Assembly (NCBI GenBank): GCA_951406725.2
Contig: OX597830.1
Location: 11,718,001 to 11,782,000, forward strand
DNA: 64,000 nucleotides
Direction of reading: 5' to 3'
Source of the DNA: Octopus vulgaris
Taxonomy: Eukaryota
The stretch's first letter is position 1, and every line of letters begins with the position of its first letter. Shown here piece after piece: positions 63,441-64,000 of the stretch. The position numbers were made by a program, and so were the translations under genes. The notes beneath the pieces were generated by a model. That model did no database searches. It was given only the letters and a program-made list of their open reading frames with translations, and was not told the origin of the DNA.

Positions 63441-64000
63441 GCATACACACATACATGCATACATACATATATGCATACATACATACATGCATACATACAT
63501 GCATATATACATACATACATGCATACATACATACATACATACATACATACATACATACATACATACATACATACATACATACATACATACACATACATAC
63601 ATACATACATACATACATACATACATACATACATACATACATACATACATACATACATACACATACATACATACATACATACATACATACATACATACAT
63701 ACATACATACATACATACATACATACACATACATACATACATACATACATACATACATACATACATACATGCATACATACATACATACATACATACATGC
63801 ATGCATATATACATACATACATACACATACATACATACATAGATACATACATACATAGATACATACATACATACATACATACATACATACATGCATACAT
63901 ACATACATACATACATACATACATACATACATACATACATACATACATACATACATACATACATACATGCATACATACATGCATATATACATACATGCAT
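63441..64000. repeat. (CATA)n microsatellite, more than 550 bp
   Basis: Read directly; runs to the window end. Confidence 0.95.

Noticed and set aside
63374-64000. Long ORFs such as [16 protein letters not shown] and ERER (also at 20.4-21.2, 31.5-32.4, 34.8-35.3, 44.8-45.4, 52.6 and 62.7 kb)
   Set aside because: These are translations of microsatellites.

Overview
AT-rich, microsatellite-dense metazoan DNA, almost certainly cephalopod (Octopus-like; inferred from the SINE families and repeat landscape, not from a search). I found no intact host gene. The window consists of degenerate transposable elements: four tRNA-derived SINE families, four Tc1/mariner relics, Helitron fragments and non-autonomous Helitrons, Penelope-like elements (RT + GIY-YIG) with hammerhead ribozymes, Ty3/Gypsy fragments and a solo LTR, RTE/CR1/R4/Tx1-type LINE fragments, hAT relics, and a GG...CC MITE family with 8-bp TSDs that carries TTAGGG repeats. 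The best candidate for a new system is a family of ORF1-only (gag-like, zinc-knuckle, no RT) retroelements. They lie head-to-tail with a conserved polyA-signal/AGTGT junction, have a covarying 3'-UTR hairpin, and share their 3' tail with one of the SINE families, an architecture reminiscent of HeT-A/HAL1. Coordinates were read by eye and may be off by a few bases. Family names come from motif recognition only.
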